Of a DNA stretch of 62,059 nt, positions 19,094-28,578 are shown piece after piece. The notes under the pieces are model-generated. The model did not search any database, was not told the DNA's origin, and saw nothing but the letters and a program-made list of their open reading frames with translations. Numbering within the stretch: the first letter of the stretch is position 1; each line of letters opens with the position of its first letter. Both the position numbers and the translations under genes were made by a program. The stretch is from the NCBI GenBank assembly GCA_963791045.1, contig CAWBQK010000012.1, positions 1-62,059 on the forward strand, written 5' to 3'. Source of the stretch: Candidatus Latescibacterota bacterium. GTDB taxonomy: Bacteria > Krumholzibacteriota > Krumholzibacteriia > WVZY01.

Positions 19094-22000
19094 CTATTTT
19101 AGCATGACCATTTTTTTGGTGCGAATGAACGAACCCGCGGCGAAACGGTAGAAGTAGACGCCGGTCGAAACAGTTGCGCCGTGCATGTTACGCCCGTCCC
19201 ATTCGACAGTGAAGTTTCCGGGCCCCTGGTCGCCGTCTACGAGCCGACGGACGAGACGCCCCCCGACATCGTAAACATTGAGACTGACCGGAACGCGGGA
19301 GCGGAGCTGGTAGCCGATGCGCGTGGTGGGATTGAAGGGATTGGGGTAGTTCTGATCGAGGCGGTCGGTGTACGACGCGACCTCGCGACCGATTCCCGTC
19401 GGGTCAACCTGGGCCGCCGCCGCATATCCACTCGCGTACCCCGATGTGTCGACCGCCGAAATCACGTAGTACGTCCAGTACGAGGCGGGACCGTCGTTGA
19501 ACGTGGTGTCCGGCGCGGCCACGAGCATCACAAACGAGCTATCCGACGGGATAAAGTTCGCGACTGTGTCTTTATACACGGCATAGAATTCGACATCGGG
19601 TTCGGGATTGGCGCTCCATGAGAGAACGGCGTCACTGCCAACAATCGCCACCTCGAAATCCTTCGGATACTCGGGATAATCCATGTTGAAAACGTGAGAC
19701 CCCAACCATCCAATGTCACCCCGAGATCCATCTGGATCATTGTAGCCAGGGTCGGGATCGCCCGCGTCTATCGACGGAGAGTGAAGCGTCAGGTGGTAGT
19801 CAACAAGAGACGTATCCGCAAAAAACGGATCGGCTGATACGGATCCGATTCCCGGCGCACATCCGTCGTAGTCGCCCCCCGAGTTATTCCACACATTGTT
19901 GTGCGAGAGCGCGGGTGTCGCCGGCCCGTTGCACTTGATACCCGGCCCGTCCGAATTCACGATAACATTGTTGAACACGGGAATCGCGGTATCCAAGAAG
20001 AACGCTCCGCCGGCGGACAGGCCAACATTGCGGTCGAGTGTGTTGCCGACAAAACTCCCCGTTGACCCGGCAGTGAGATAACACGCGGTTGAATCGTTTC
20101 CGACAAAGAGATTGTGTTCGACACTGCTCTCGGGACCGCTGAGATACAAACCACCGCCGATGCCCGCAGCGTTCCACATCACGCGACTCTTCGAAAGCGA
20201 AACAGAAGATCCGGTGTCGGTGTAAACTCCGCCGCCTTCAGTCCTGGCGGTGTTTCGTGAAATATCTACAGTTGAGAGAGTCAGGGACGAACCAACCGCG
20301 TGAATCCCGCCGCCATAACCGTCCGTTGCAAGTGCGCCCGTCGTGTTGTACGACACCACGTCACCATTCATCGAAAGGCCTGGCGTATTTTCCACATAGA
20401 TCCCGCCACCCCGCGCCTCGGGCACAGTTGAAGCATCGGCGGCATTCCCCGTGATAAGATTTCCGGAAAGAGTTACGGACGTCGAGTTGACGATGTAGAT
20501 ACCACCACCATCCGGCGAATCAACACCACCTTCAACCAGATTGTTATTCGAAATTGTCGAACTGTCTATCGACGCGATGCAACCCTCAAGATATATCCCG
20601 CCACCCCGGCCCGCCGAATTGCTCGATACATTTGTGGCGACCAGATGGATAGTGCTTTCAAACGCGTATATTCCCCCGCCGTAACCGTACGAGCCATCAT
20701 GGGCCTGGTTTTGATGGATAAGACAGTTTCGAAGCGTGAGATCCGAGTTGTCGACACGCAACCCTCCACCGTAGGTGCCTACGCCACCCTGAAAAACGAA
20801 ACCGTCAATAACAACAGGCGCCGCCACCGAATCGATATCGAGCGGACTGATGATATTGACAATCGTCTGGCCCGCGAAGGGGTCTCTGACAGTAAACAGA
20901 CTCCCCCATCCCCCACTGAGCAATACTCCCTCCGTCACAGACAGAGAGAGTTCATTGAAAGTGTTCATCTCGACAAATACGGAATCCCCCACCTCCGCAA
21001 TAGCCAGGGCTTTCGAAATCGTATTAGCCGCTTTCGCCGGCGTGTCGTACGGGATCGTGCTCGACCCCGCCTTCGACACATAGTGGCGGTAAGAGGGCAT
21101 GTATGTTACCGCCTCCGAACAGAGAAGCGAATAATCCTGGGCTTCGGTATTCCACGGCGCGCCATGGACAAGTGATCCCTTGTGTGTCACACGAACCCAG
21201 TAGTCCCCCGAATCGGCAACCGCGACAAATACCTGTTCGACGTTGTCGACCGTATTGTCCCCAGTCGCGGCCGAATCCGCGGGGTTGTCGTAGTCGAGTA
21301 TCCACGGTTCGTAAACGGTCGCCGATTGCACGTGTTCGATACGAACATCGAGATCGTTTATCAGAACTGCCGTCCGCGGATCCACGCTCGCACTGGGTGT
21401 CTCTCCCGGAATATCGGTCCACGCGATCGTCAACTTCACCGTGCTCAGCGTATCCAATGTAAACGAGTAGTTGTCGGTGACACCCTCGCGTAACGTCCGC
21501 TCAATAATTCGAGAACCGGGCGCGGGTGGCGCCGATGGGGCCCCCGAAGCGAACGGAGCGTTAGCGAGTACGCGCGGGGTAATCGGCGACAGGACCCGCG
21601 CAGGTGAAAAGTTCTGAATAAGGTCGGCGGCGCCTTCCGTATTCAGCAGTCCCCACCCATTCGCGTAGTCGGGACCGTCGTGATCGCCCGCCTCGTGTGC
21701 CGTCTGTATCACAATGCCCTTCATTGTCGCCGCGCGCGGTGCGGCTCCCATAACGCTTTCATAATGGCGAACGAGAAGGTTGATCGCACCGGCCACGCTT
21801 GGCGCCGCCATCGAAGTCCCGCCCATTGTCGTGTACTGATCGTCCCCAGCGTCCGAGCATGAATAAAGCCCGGTGCCATTCGCGACGATGTCCGGCTTGA
21901 TCCGGCCGTCGTCCGCAGGTCCCCAGCTACTGAAATCGGTTTGCACGACATCGCTCGGTTGTGTGTACCCGAGAGGAATGTCGTTCACCGCTCCGACGGT

Positions 22001-22948
22001 GAGAATGTTCTTTGCGGTCTTTTTGCCGGGCACGCAATCGAAACCATCAAGCCCGCCGTCGGGGTCGCGCGTGTCAAAGCTCGTAACCCAGGTGCCGTCC
22101 AAAACCCAATGCTCTCCGCCCGGACCCGGGCCGACATCGTTGCGGTCATTTCCCGCCGACTGCACGATGAGATAGGCGGGCGCGTTGAAGGCGATCTCGT
22201 CGAGATCGCGTGCTTCGATTGCGTAGAAGCCAAACCTGTAATCCTCTACCGTGTCAACAGTTATGTCTCCAAACCAATACCAGTCGCCACTATCATACCG
22301 CCAGCCCGTGGCTTCACCGTAGGAATGGTTCGACACCTGAAGCCCAGCCGCGGCGGCCGCGGCCATCTCGGACAAGTCATAATTCCAGTCGTAGGCGGCA
22401 AGTCCCGCCTCGTACGACATCCCCTTCGAAGCAGGAATAAAACCCGCGGCGACCATCGTCCCCGCCACATGCGTCGCGTGCGGACTCGTCACTGCCGGCA
22501 CGTCAACCTGGATCACACGACCCCCAAACTCCTGGTGTGTCAAGCGCACACCTCCGCCGTCCCACACGGCCAACTGCGTGTTGAGCGTGCCCGATCCCGT
22601 CAGGTTATAACCCGCGCCGCCTCCCGGCCACACCCGGATCACACCCACGGTTCGCGCGGCGTCAAGGTTCTCGGTGATGTAATAAACGGGGCGGCCGTTC
22701 TTATCGATGTACATGAGTTGAATATCGGGATTGTCGTTGAGACTCTGAACGGCGGGATCGGTGCTGGCGAGCAGCCGGTAATACAAAAGCGTCCTGCGAT
22801 TTTCTGTCCTTGTCTCGTACACATCGGCGAGCCGCATGAGTTCAGCGCGGTCGGTGGCACGCTCGGCGAACGCCGTGGTCGACAAAACCACGAGGCACAG
22901 AACGGCCACGGCCATACGAGCAAGGCGAGAGTTAGGCCTGAATTCCAC
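19094..22948 (-). CDS. Secreted S8 subtilisin-like protease with right-handed beta-helix and FlgD-Ig/T9SS-like C-terminal domain
   Basis: Triad 'AVWDGG', 'HATHVAGT', 'GTSMAAP'; GGGIY repeats; 'QNYPNPFNP...KKMVMLK'. GTG start after AGGAG. Confidence 0.9.
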   Translation of the reverse strand: MEFRPNSRLARMAVAVLCLVVLSTTAFAERATDRAELMRLADVYETRTENRRTLLYYRLLASTDPAVQSLNDNPDIQLMYIDKNGRPVYYITENLDAARTVGVIRVWPGGGAGYNLTGSGTLNTQLAVWDGGGVRLTHQEFGGRVIQVDVPAVTSPHATHVAGTMVAAGFIPASKGMSYEAGLAAYDWNYDLSEMAAAAAAGLQVSNHSYGEATGWRYDSGDWYWFGDITVDTVEDYRFGFYAIEARDLDEIAFNAPAYLIVQSAGNDRNDVGPGPGGEHWVLDGTWVTSFDTRDPDGGLDGFDCVPGKKTAKNILTVGAVNDIPLGYTQPSDVVQTDFSSWGPADDGRIKPDIVANGTGLYSCSDAGDDQYTTMGGTSMAAPSVAGAINLLVRHYESVMGAAPRAATMKGIVIQTAHEAGDHDGPDYANGWGLLNTEGAADLIQNFSPARVLSPITPRVLANAPFASGAPSAPPAPGSRIIERTLREGVTDNYSFTLDTLSTVKLTIAWTDIPGETPSASVDPRTAVLINDLDVRIEHVQSATVYEPWILDYDNPADSAATGDNTVDNVEQVFVAVADSGDYWVRVTHKGSLVHGAPWNTEAQDYSLLCSEAVTYMPSYRHYVSKAGSSTIPYDTPAKAANTISKALAIAEVGDSVFVEMNTFNELSLSVTEGVLLSGGWGSLFTVRDPFAGQTIVNIISPLDIDSVAAPVVIDGFVFQGGVGTYGGGLRVDNSDLTLRNCLIHQNQAHDGSYGYGGGIYAFESTIHLVATNVSSNSAGRGGGIYLEGCIASIDSSTISNNNLVEGGVDSPDGGGIYIVNSTSVTLSGNLITGNAADASTVPEARGGGIYVENTPGLSMNGDVVSYNTTGALATDGYGGGIHAVGSSLTLSTVDISRNTARTEGGGVYTDTGSSVSLSKSRVMWNAAGIGGGLYLSGPESSVEHNLFVGNDSTACYLTAGSTGSFVGNTLDRNVGLSAGGAFFLDTAIPVFNNVIVNSDGPGIKCNGPATPALSHNNVWNNSGGDYDGCAPGIGSVSADPFFADTSLVDYHLTLHSPSIDAGDPDPGYNDPDGSRGDIGWLGSHVFNMDYPEYPKDFEVAIVGSDAVLSWSANPEPDVEFYAVYKDTVANFIPSDSSFVMLVAAPDTTFNDGPASYWTYYVISAVDTSGYASGYAAAAQVDPTGIGREVASYTDRLDQNYPNPFNPTTRIGYQLRSRVPVSLNVYDVGGRLVRRLVDGDQGPGNFTVEWDGRNMHGATVSTGVYFYRFAAGSFIRTKKMVMLK
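21520..21601 (-). repeat. Palindromic element, copy B, inside the S8 protease reading frame
   Basis: Minus strand GCGCGGGT CCTG TCGCCGAT TACCCC...GGGGGCCCC ATCGGCG CC ACCCGCGC; 23-nt and 16-nt exact matches to intergenic copy C. Confidence 0.8.
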
Positions 22949-23157
22949 GGGTTCTCCTGGAACGGCATTCCGCGGCAGGTGGCTGTGTATCAAATTGCGA
23001 TGGGACGATTGACGGCACCGAGAGGTTTCGAAACCCCATCGGACGCGAGAACTGCACGAATCCTTTTGTAAGTTTAACAAATTCGATGCCGAAGGGCAAC
23101 GATCAAGGTCACTTACGAAGACATTTTACCGCATGGGAATGCGGCATTTCGGAGACT

Positions 23158-23931
23158 CTATGTTGTTTTAAAATAATCGTCAAGCGAGGAGACGAGGCTT
23201 TCGATCGTATTCTCGGGGGGCGAGACGGTAACCGTAAGACCCAGGGTGACAGCGGACTTCGTCGTTTTGCGCCCCAAGCAGGCCACGCAGACACCACCAA
23301 GACTCTCGAGCGTGCTTCCCTCGTTCTTCAAGCGCGCCGCAAAGTTGTCTACCGTCGAGGAGCTGGTGAATGTGACGGCGTCAACCTTCCCCGCGGCAAG
23401 CAATCCGGGAACATCCGCCCCACCGCTGCCAAGAACCGTCTTGTACGCCGGAACGAAAACAACATCAGCGCCTTCGTTTGAAAGCATTTCGCGAAGAATG
23501 GGCCTCGCAATATTTGACTGCGGCAGAAACACCCGCGCACCCGCTGCGGGCGAAAGAGCCTCGGCAAGATGCTCCGCTTCGTACTCCGCCGGAACCAGTT
23601 CGGCATCGATCCCGAACATCGAACGGACGGCGGCGGCCGTACCCGGGCCGATCGCGGCGATACGCGCCCCGCTCAACGACGACAGGTCAACACCCAGCGA
23701 TTCGAACCTCAGTTTGACGGCGAGCACGGCGTTCGCGCTTGTAAAAACAATCCAGTCAAACGACCCGCCCGACACATCACGGATCCCCTTGTCGAACTCA
23801 GGAGAATCTCCCGCCGGTTCGATTTCGATACACGGATACAGAACGGGAACGGCGCCCCGGGCCTCGAGCATTGCCTCGAGATCGGCCGCCTGATGCGCGG
23901 CCCTCGTCACTACAATTTTCCTGGATTTCAT
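23158..23931 (-). CDS. hemD: Uroporphyrinogen-III synthase
   Basis: 'IVVTRAAHQA', 'WIVFTSANAV', 'AIGPGTA', 'FTSSSTV'. Confidence 0.93.
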   Translation of the reverse strand: MKSRKIVVTRAAHQAADLEAMLEARGAVPVLYPCIEIEPAGDSPEFDKGIRDVSGGSFDWIVFTSANAVLAVKLRFESLGVDLSSLSGARIAAIGPGTAAAVRSMFGIDAELVPAEYEAEHLAEALSPAAGARVFLPQSNIARPILREMLSNEGADVVFVPAYKTVLGSGGADVPGLLAAGKVDAVTFTSSSTVDNFAARLKNEGSTLESLGGVCVACLGRKTTKSAVTLGLTVTVSPPENTIESLVSSLDDYFKTT

Positions 23932-24881
23932 TTGCATGTATTGAGGAGTCCATCCGCGCCGCGACTCAACGCTTTTTCGGCGAGTTGCTTGCCAAGCGCA
24001 AACGCGTCTTCGGCGCCCTTGACCTCGGCGGTTCCCGCGACATCGATCTGACTGGCTCCATCAGGAGAAAGCACGCGGCCGCGAAGATCGAGGCGTCCGT
24101 CATCAACCAGGCCCATGGCGCAGATTGGAAGCGCGCAACCACCGCCGAGCCCCGACAGAAAGGCCCTCTCACCGACCACGGCAAGCGCCGTTGTATCGTC
24201 GTTCAAAACAGCGAGTAGATTTCGCGAGGGTTCGTCATCACGGCATTGGATTCCCAACGCACCCTGACCCGGCGCGGGGAGCATGATGTCAACATCGAGC
24301 ACCTCGCTCACCACATCGAGGAGTTTGAGTCTTTCAAGTCCCGCATACGCAAAAACAACGGCATCGTACGGACCTTCGGGGTCCAGGGCCTTCTTAATTC
24401 TCGTGCCGACGTTTCCGCGGATGTCGGCGATCTTGAGATCCTTGCGAATATGGAGCATCTGCGCCGCCCGTCTCGGGCTGCTCGTCCCGACCGTTCCACC
24501 GCGCGGCAGCGTCGCAAGGGTGTGACCCCCTCGAGTCACGAGCACGTCTCCAAGATGTGCCCTTACGGGGACCGCGCCTATAACGAGACCATCAGGGTTT
24601 TCGGTGGGAAGGTCCTTGAGACTGTGAACGGCGATGTCGATCTTGGAACCAAGGAGCGCCGCCTCAAGTTCGGCGGTAAAGGCTCCTTTGCCTCCCAGTT
24701 CGGGGAGCGGTTGCGACAGGTTTTTGTCCCCCCGCGTCGTGTACACCTCGATCTCGACAACGACATCAGGGTAGGACTTTTCCAAAAGCGCTTTGACGTA
24801 GTCGGACTGCCACCGGGCGAGAGCGGAACCCCGCGTGCCGATTCGAATCGTTTTGTTTTTGTGTCTGGCTTCGTTGGGCAT
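23928..24881 (-). CDS. hemC: Hydroxymethylbilane synthase
   Basis: 'IGTRGSALARWQ', 'AVHSLKDLP', 'GTSSPRR', 'GGGCALPI'. Confidence 0.96.
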   Translation of the reverse strand: MPNEARHKNKTIRIGTRGSALARWQSDYVKALLEKSYPDVVVEIEVYTTRGDKNLSQPLPELGGKGAFTAELEAALLGSKIDIAVHSLKDLPTENPDGLVIGAVPVRAHLGDVLVTRGGHTLATLPRGGTVGTSSPRRAAQMLHIRKDLKIADIRGNVGTRIKKALDPEGPYDAVVFAYAGLERLKLLDVVSEVLDVDIMLPAPGQGALGIQCRDDEPSRNLLAVLNDDTTALAVVGERAFLSGLGGGCALPICAMGLVDDGRLDLRGRVLSPDGASQIDVAGTAEVKGAEDAFALGKQLAEKALSRGADGLLNTCK

Positions 24882-26179
24882 TATTCCTGATTGCGTTGAT
24901 CCAGAGAAAATACTTCACGAATGGCGTCGGCGTAGGCTATGCCGTTCCCATTCGCGGCAAACGCTTTGAGACGAGTAGAAGGCTCGTGCAGGATCTTGTT
25001 GACCACACGATGCCGCAAGCGTTCGACGATCTCGCGGTCCTTAGGATCCTCCATTGAACGAAGCGCCGCTTCAACCTCTTCGCTCACAAGTTTGCCAAGT
25101 GCCGCTCGCAGATCGACGATCACAGGTGTGACATCACGGCTTTTGATCCAGTCGTAATAGCTCTGCACCTCCGCCTCGACGATCAAATCGACCTCGGGAA
25201 CCGCGGCCATCCTCTGCTCCATACCGTCATCGACAACGGACTGAAGTTCGTCAATATCGAGGACATGTACACCATCAAGATCGGCGACGGCGGGCTCGAC
25301 ATCACGAGGCATCGCGATATCAACAAAGAGAAGCGGGCGCGCATTGCGATCGACGAGCAGGGGTTCGATTTCATTCGCGTAGATAAGCGTGTGCGGCGCA
25401 TCGGTGGCGGTAAAAACCAGGTCGGCCCATTTGAGAACATCGTTGAGCTCATGCCACGCCATCGGCCGCGCGCCGATCTGATCCGCAAGCGCTACCGACC
25501 GCGAGTGCGTTCTGTTAACGATGGCGATTCTCTCGGCGCCGTGGTCCTTTAATTCCTTGCCGGCCAGCTCGGCCATATCTCCCGCGCCAATGATGGCAAC
25601 GTGTTTCTTTGTCAAATCTCCAAGTTTGCTCTCGGCCAGGTGGACCGCCGCGTGACTGACCGATGTGGTATAACGCCCGATCGACGTCTCTGTTCGCGCA
25701 CGTTTACCCACGCGGATCACACGATTGAATGCCTGGTTCAGCATCGGGCCGAGCGTCTTGGCTGCCATGGCATCGCGAAACGCTTCGTTGACCTGCCCCA
25801 AAATCTGCGGCTCGCCGACAACCATCGAGTCCACCCCGGCGGATACTTTCATCAAGTGTCCGAGGGCGTCGCGATCTTCCATATAGTAGAAGTGCTCGCG
25901 AACCTCATCCATCGGCGTCGCCTGGAGAGTGATAAGAAACTCTTCGAGCGGCTCGAACTTTTTCTCGTCGTCCGATCCAATCGCGTACACTTCGAAACGG
26001 TTGCACGTGGAGAGAACGGCGGCTTCGCGAAGACACGGAGTGCCACCTTCGCCCCCCGCCGCTGTGAGTTTCTTGAGCTCGGCGAGCGCCATTGGGACAC
26101 CGCACCCGGTGAGCGTAAATTGTTCGCGGAGTTCAACCGGCGCAGTGCGGTGATTCAACCCGACGAGTATGAGGGACAT
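24881..26179 (-). CDS. hemA: Glutamyl-tRNA reductase
   Basis: 'GLNHRTAPVELRE', 'LSTCNRFE', 'DSMVVGEPQILGQ', 'GAGDMA'. Confidence 0.96.
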   Translation of the reverse strand: MSLILVGLNHRTAPVELREQFTLTGCGVPMALAELKKLTAAGGEGGTPCLREAAVLSTCNRFEVYAIGSDDEKKFEPLEEFLITLQATPMDEVREHFYYMEDRDALGHLMKVSAGVDSMVVGEPQILGQVNEAFRDAMAAKTLGPMLNQAFNRVIRVGKRARTETSIGRYTTSVSHAAVHLAESKLGDLTKKHVAIIGAGDMAELAGKELKDHGAERIAIVNRTHSRSVALADQIGARPMAWHELNDVLKWADLVFTATDAPHTLIYANEIEPLLVDRNARPLLFVDIAMPRDVEPAVADLDGVHVLDIDELQSVVDDGMEQRMAAVPEVDLIVEAEVQSYYDWIKSRDVTPVIVDLRAALGKLVSEEVEAALRSMEDPKDREIVERLRHRVVNKILHEPSTRLKAFAANGNGIAYADAIREVFSLDQRNQE

Positions 26180-26215
26180 AACGGTCCTCCGGAATGTAAT
26201 TCAAAACCACCAGAA

Positions 26216-27520
26216 TTAAGATGAACTCTCCCGCGCAACAAAGCTCTCGAATGCCTTGAGCGTGGCGTCTATATCATCATTTGTGTGCTCACTACTGGCA
26301 AATCCCGCCTCGAACTGGCTCGGAGCAAAATAGAAACCATTGTTGATCATTTCATTGAAATAGCGCGTAAAACGATCCGTATCGGCATGGGCCTTCGCCG
26401 AATCGAAACACGAAATCTCTACTCCGGGTTCTTTTAAAAAGTATACTCCAAACATAGTACCCGCGCAGCCCGCCTGCAGAGGTATTTTGTTGGACTCGCC
26501 AATTTTTTTCATCCCGTCAATAAGTTTGGCAGCCCTATCGCTCGCCGTCGAAAACGCGTCCGTCCCGGAAAGCGTCTTGAGCGTTGCGAGCCCGGCCGAC
26601 ATGGCGAGCGGATTGCCGGACAGGGTACCCGCCTGGTACATCGGCCCCTTCGGAGCGACTGAATCCATTATTTCCCGCTTGCCCGCATAGGCGCCAACGG
26701 GCAGTCCGCCGCCGATTACTTTGCCGAGACATGTCAGATCCGGGTCCAACCCGAACAGCTCTTGCGCGCCGCCCAGCGCCACGCGGAACCCCGTCATCAC
26801 TTCGTCGAAAATAGAGACGGCGCCGTTCTCGCGGCACAGACTTTGTATACCCTCGAGAAATTCTTTCGTTCCCTTTACAAAACCCATATTGCCGGCAATG
26901 GGCTCAACGATGACGGCGGCGATTTGATCGGGATACGAATCGAACGCCCCGCGAACCGCGTCGAGATCGTTGTAAGGCGCAACAAGTGTGTCGCCCGTCG
27001 TGCCCGCGGGCACACCCGGCGAATCGGGAAGTCCGAGAGTAGCGACTCCGCTCCCCGCCTGAACGAGAAGCATATCGGCATGACCGTGATAACAACCGGC
27101 GAACTTGAGAATCTTGTCGCGTCCCGTGTGCGCTCTGGCCAGACGCAGCGCGCTCATCGTCGCTTCGGTACCGCTATTGACAAATCTGATCATCTCGACC
27201 GACGGGACGAGATCAACCACAAGCTCGGCGAGTTCCGACTCCAGATGCGTCGGCGCTCCAAAGCTCGTACCGTTCTTCACCGCCGCGATCAACGCATCAA
27301 CAACCGCCGGGTGGGCATGACCGAGAATCAACGGCCCCCACGACAGAACGTAATCGAGATACTTGTTGCCGTCGGCATCCCAAACATACGGGCCGCTGCC
27401 CTTTTCGATAAATCTCGGCCCGCCGCCGACACTCTTGAACGCCCTCACGGGACTGTCGACCCCACCGGGGATCAGTTTCATGGCCTCGGCAAAAAGCGCT
27501 TCGGATTTTGTTGTTTTCAC
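26216..27520 (-). CDS. hemL: Glutamate-1-semialdehyde 2,1-aminomutase
   Basis: 'PGGVDSPVRAF', 'NSGTEATM', 'FDEVMTGFR', 'GKVIGGGLP', 'YQAGTLSGNP'. Confidence 0.96.
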   Translation of the reverse strand: MKTTKSEALFAEAMKLIPGGVDSPVRAFKSVGGGPRFIEKGSGPYVWDADGNKYLDYVLSWGPLILGHAHPAVVDALIAAVKNGTSFGAPTHLESELAELVVDLVPSVEMIRFVNSGTEATMSALRLARAHTGRDKILKFAGCYHGHADMLLVQAGSGVATLGLPDSPGVPAGTTGDTLVAPYNDLDAVRGAFDSYPDQIAAVIVEPIAGNMGFVKGTKEFLEGIQSLCRENGAVSIFDEVMTGFRVALGGAQELFGLDPDLTCLGKVIGGGLPVGAYAGKREIMDSVAPKGPMYQAGTLSGNPLAMSAGLATLKTLSGTDAFSTASDRAAKLIDGMKKIGESNKIPLQAGCAGTMFGVYFLKEPGVEISCFDSAKAHADTDRFTRYFNEMINNGFYFAPSQFEAGFASSEHTNDDIDATLKAFESFVARESSS

Positions 27521-28578
27521 TTCGACGTCGCTCCTCTTTCATGAACAAAATCGACCAGTCTCTTAACATTGTCCACCGGGGTCTTTGGAAGAATCCCGTG
27601 GCCCAGGTTGAAAATATGCCCCGGTCTTCCACCAGCTTGGTTCAGTACGTGTTCCGCTTTCTTCTTCAGTTCGTCCCATGGATCGAACAACGCCACCGGG
27701 TCGAGGTTCCCCTGAACCGCGACGTCGTGACCGAATCGCTTCCAGGCATCGGAGAGCTCGATGCGCCAGTCGACACCCTGGACATCGGCGTCGAGATCAC
27801 GGATGACCTCGAGCATTCCATTGACATTTGTCGCGAAGTAAATAATTGGTACGCCCGCGGCGCGGATCTTCTTGATGATCGCCCGGTTGTACGGCATCAC
27901 ACTCTCACTGTAGTCGGCAGGACTCAAACCGCCCGCCCATGTGTCAAAGAGTTGAAGCGCCTGCGCTCCCGCGGCGGCCTGTGCGAGAAGATAATCGGCA
28001 ACCACATCGCTCATTTTCTCCATGAGCTTGCGCCAGGCGTCCTTCTCCGACGCCATCATTTGTTTCGTAAGAACGTAGTTCCTGCTCCCGCCACCCTCTA
28101 TCGCATAACAGGCCAGCGTGTACGGGGCGCCGCTAAAGCCAATAAGTGGAATACCGCGCGAATCGATCTCGCGCCGGACGAGACGAATGGCCTCCAGCGT
28201 CGGAGCCATCGTTTCCCCGGCCGGTTTCACCGTGAGCGCATCGACATCCGCGGCGCTCCGCACGGGGTTGTGAATGACGGGCCCCTCGCCTTTGGCGAAC
28301 TCCAGCCTGAGCCCCATCCCTTCGAGCGGCGGGAGAATATCGGAAAATATGATACCCGCGTCAAGATCGAATACGTTTAACGGCTGGAGCGTCACCTCAC
28401 ATGACAGCTCGGCGGATCTTATGATTTCCAGTATTGTGTGCTTTCCGCGAACCGCGAGATATTCCGACATGTACCGTCCCGCCTGACGCATAAGCCATAC
28501 GGGTGTGGTGTCGACGGCTTCGCGCCGGCATGCTTTCAAAAAACGGCTGTCTTGATTTGTTTGATTCGCTGCGTTCAT
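27517..28578 (-). CDS. hemE: Uroporphyrinogen decarboxylase
   Basis: 'PVWLMRQAGRY', 'IIFSDIL', 'QGNLDP', 'IFNLGHGI'; ATGA overlap with hemY stop. Confidence 0.96.
   Translation of the reverse strand: MNAANQTNQDSRFLKACRREAVDTTPVWLMRQAGRYMSEYLAVRGKHTILEIIRSAELSCEVTLQPLNVFDLDAGIIFSDILPPLEGMGLRLEFAKGEGPVIHNPVRSAADVDALTVKPAGETMAPTLEAIRLVRREIDSRGIPLIGFSGAPYTLACYAIEGGGSRNYVLTKQMMASEKDAWRKLMEKMSDVVADYLLAQAAAGAQALQLFDTWAGGLSPADYSESVMPYNRAIIKKIRAAGVPIIYFATNVNGMLEVIRDLDADVQGVDWRIELSDAWKRFGHDVAVQGNLDPVALFDPWDELKKKAEHVLNQAGGRPGHIFNLGHGILPKTPVDNVKRLVDFVHERGATSK

Noticed and set aside
23005-23035. Fourth ECF promoter upstream of the S8 protease (CGAAAC-N17-CGTC, minus strand)
   Set aside because: Spacer and -10 differ from the three consistent sites; too weak to include.
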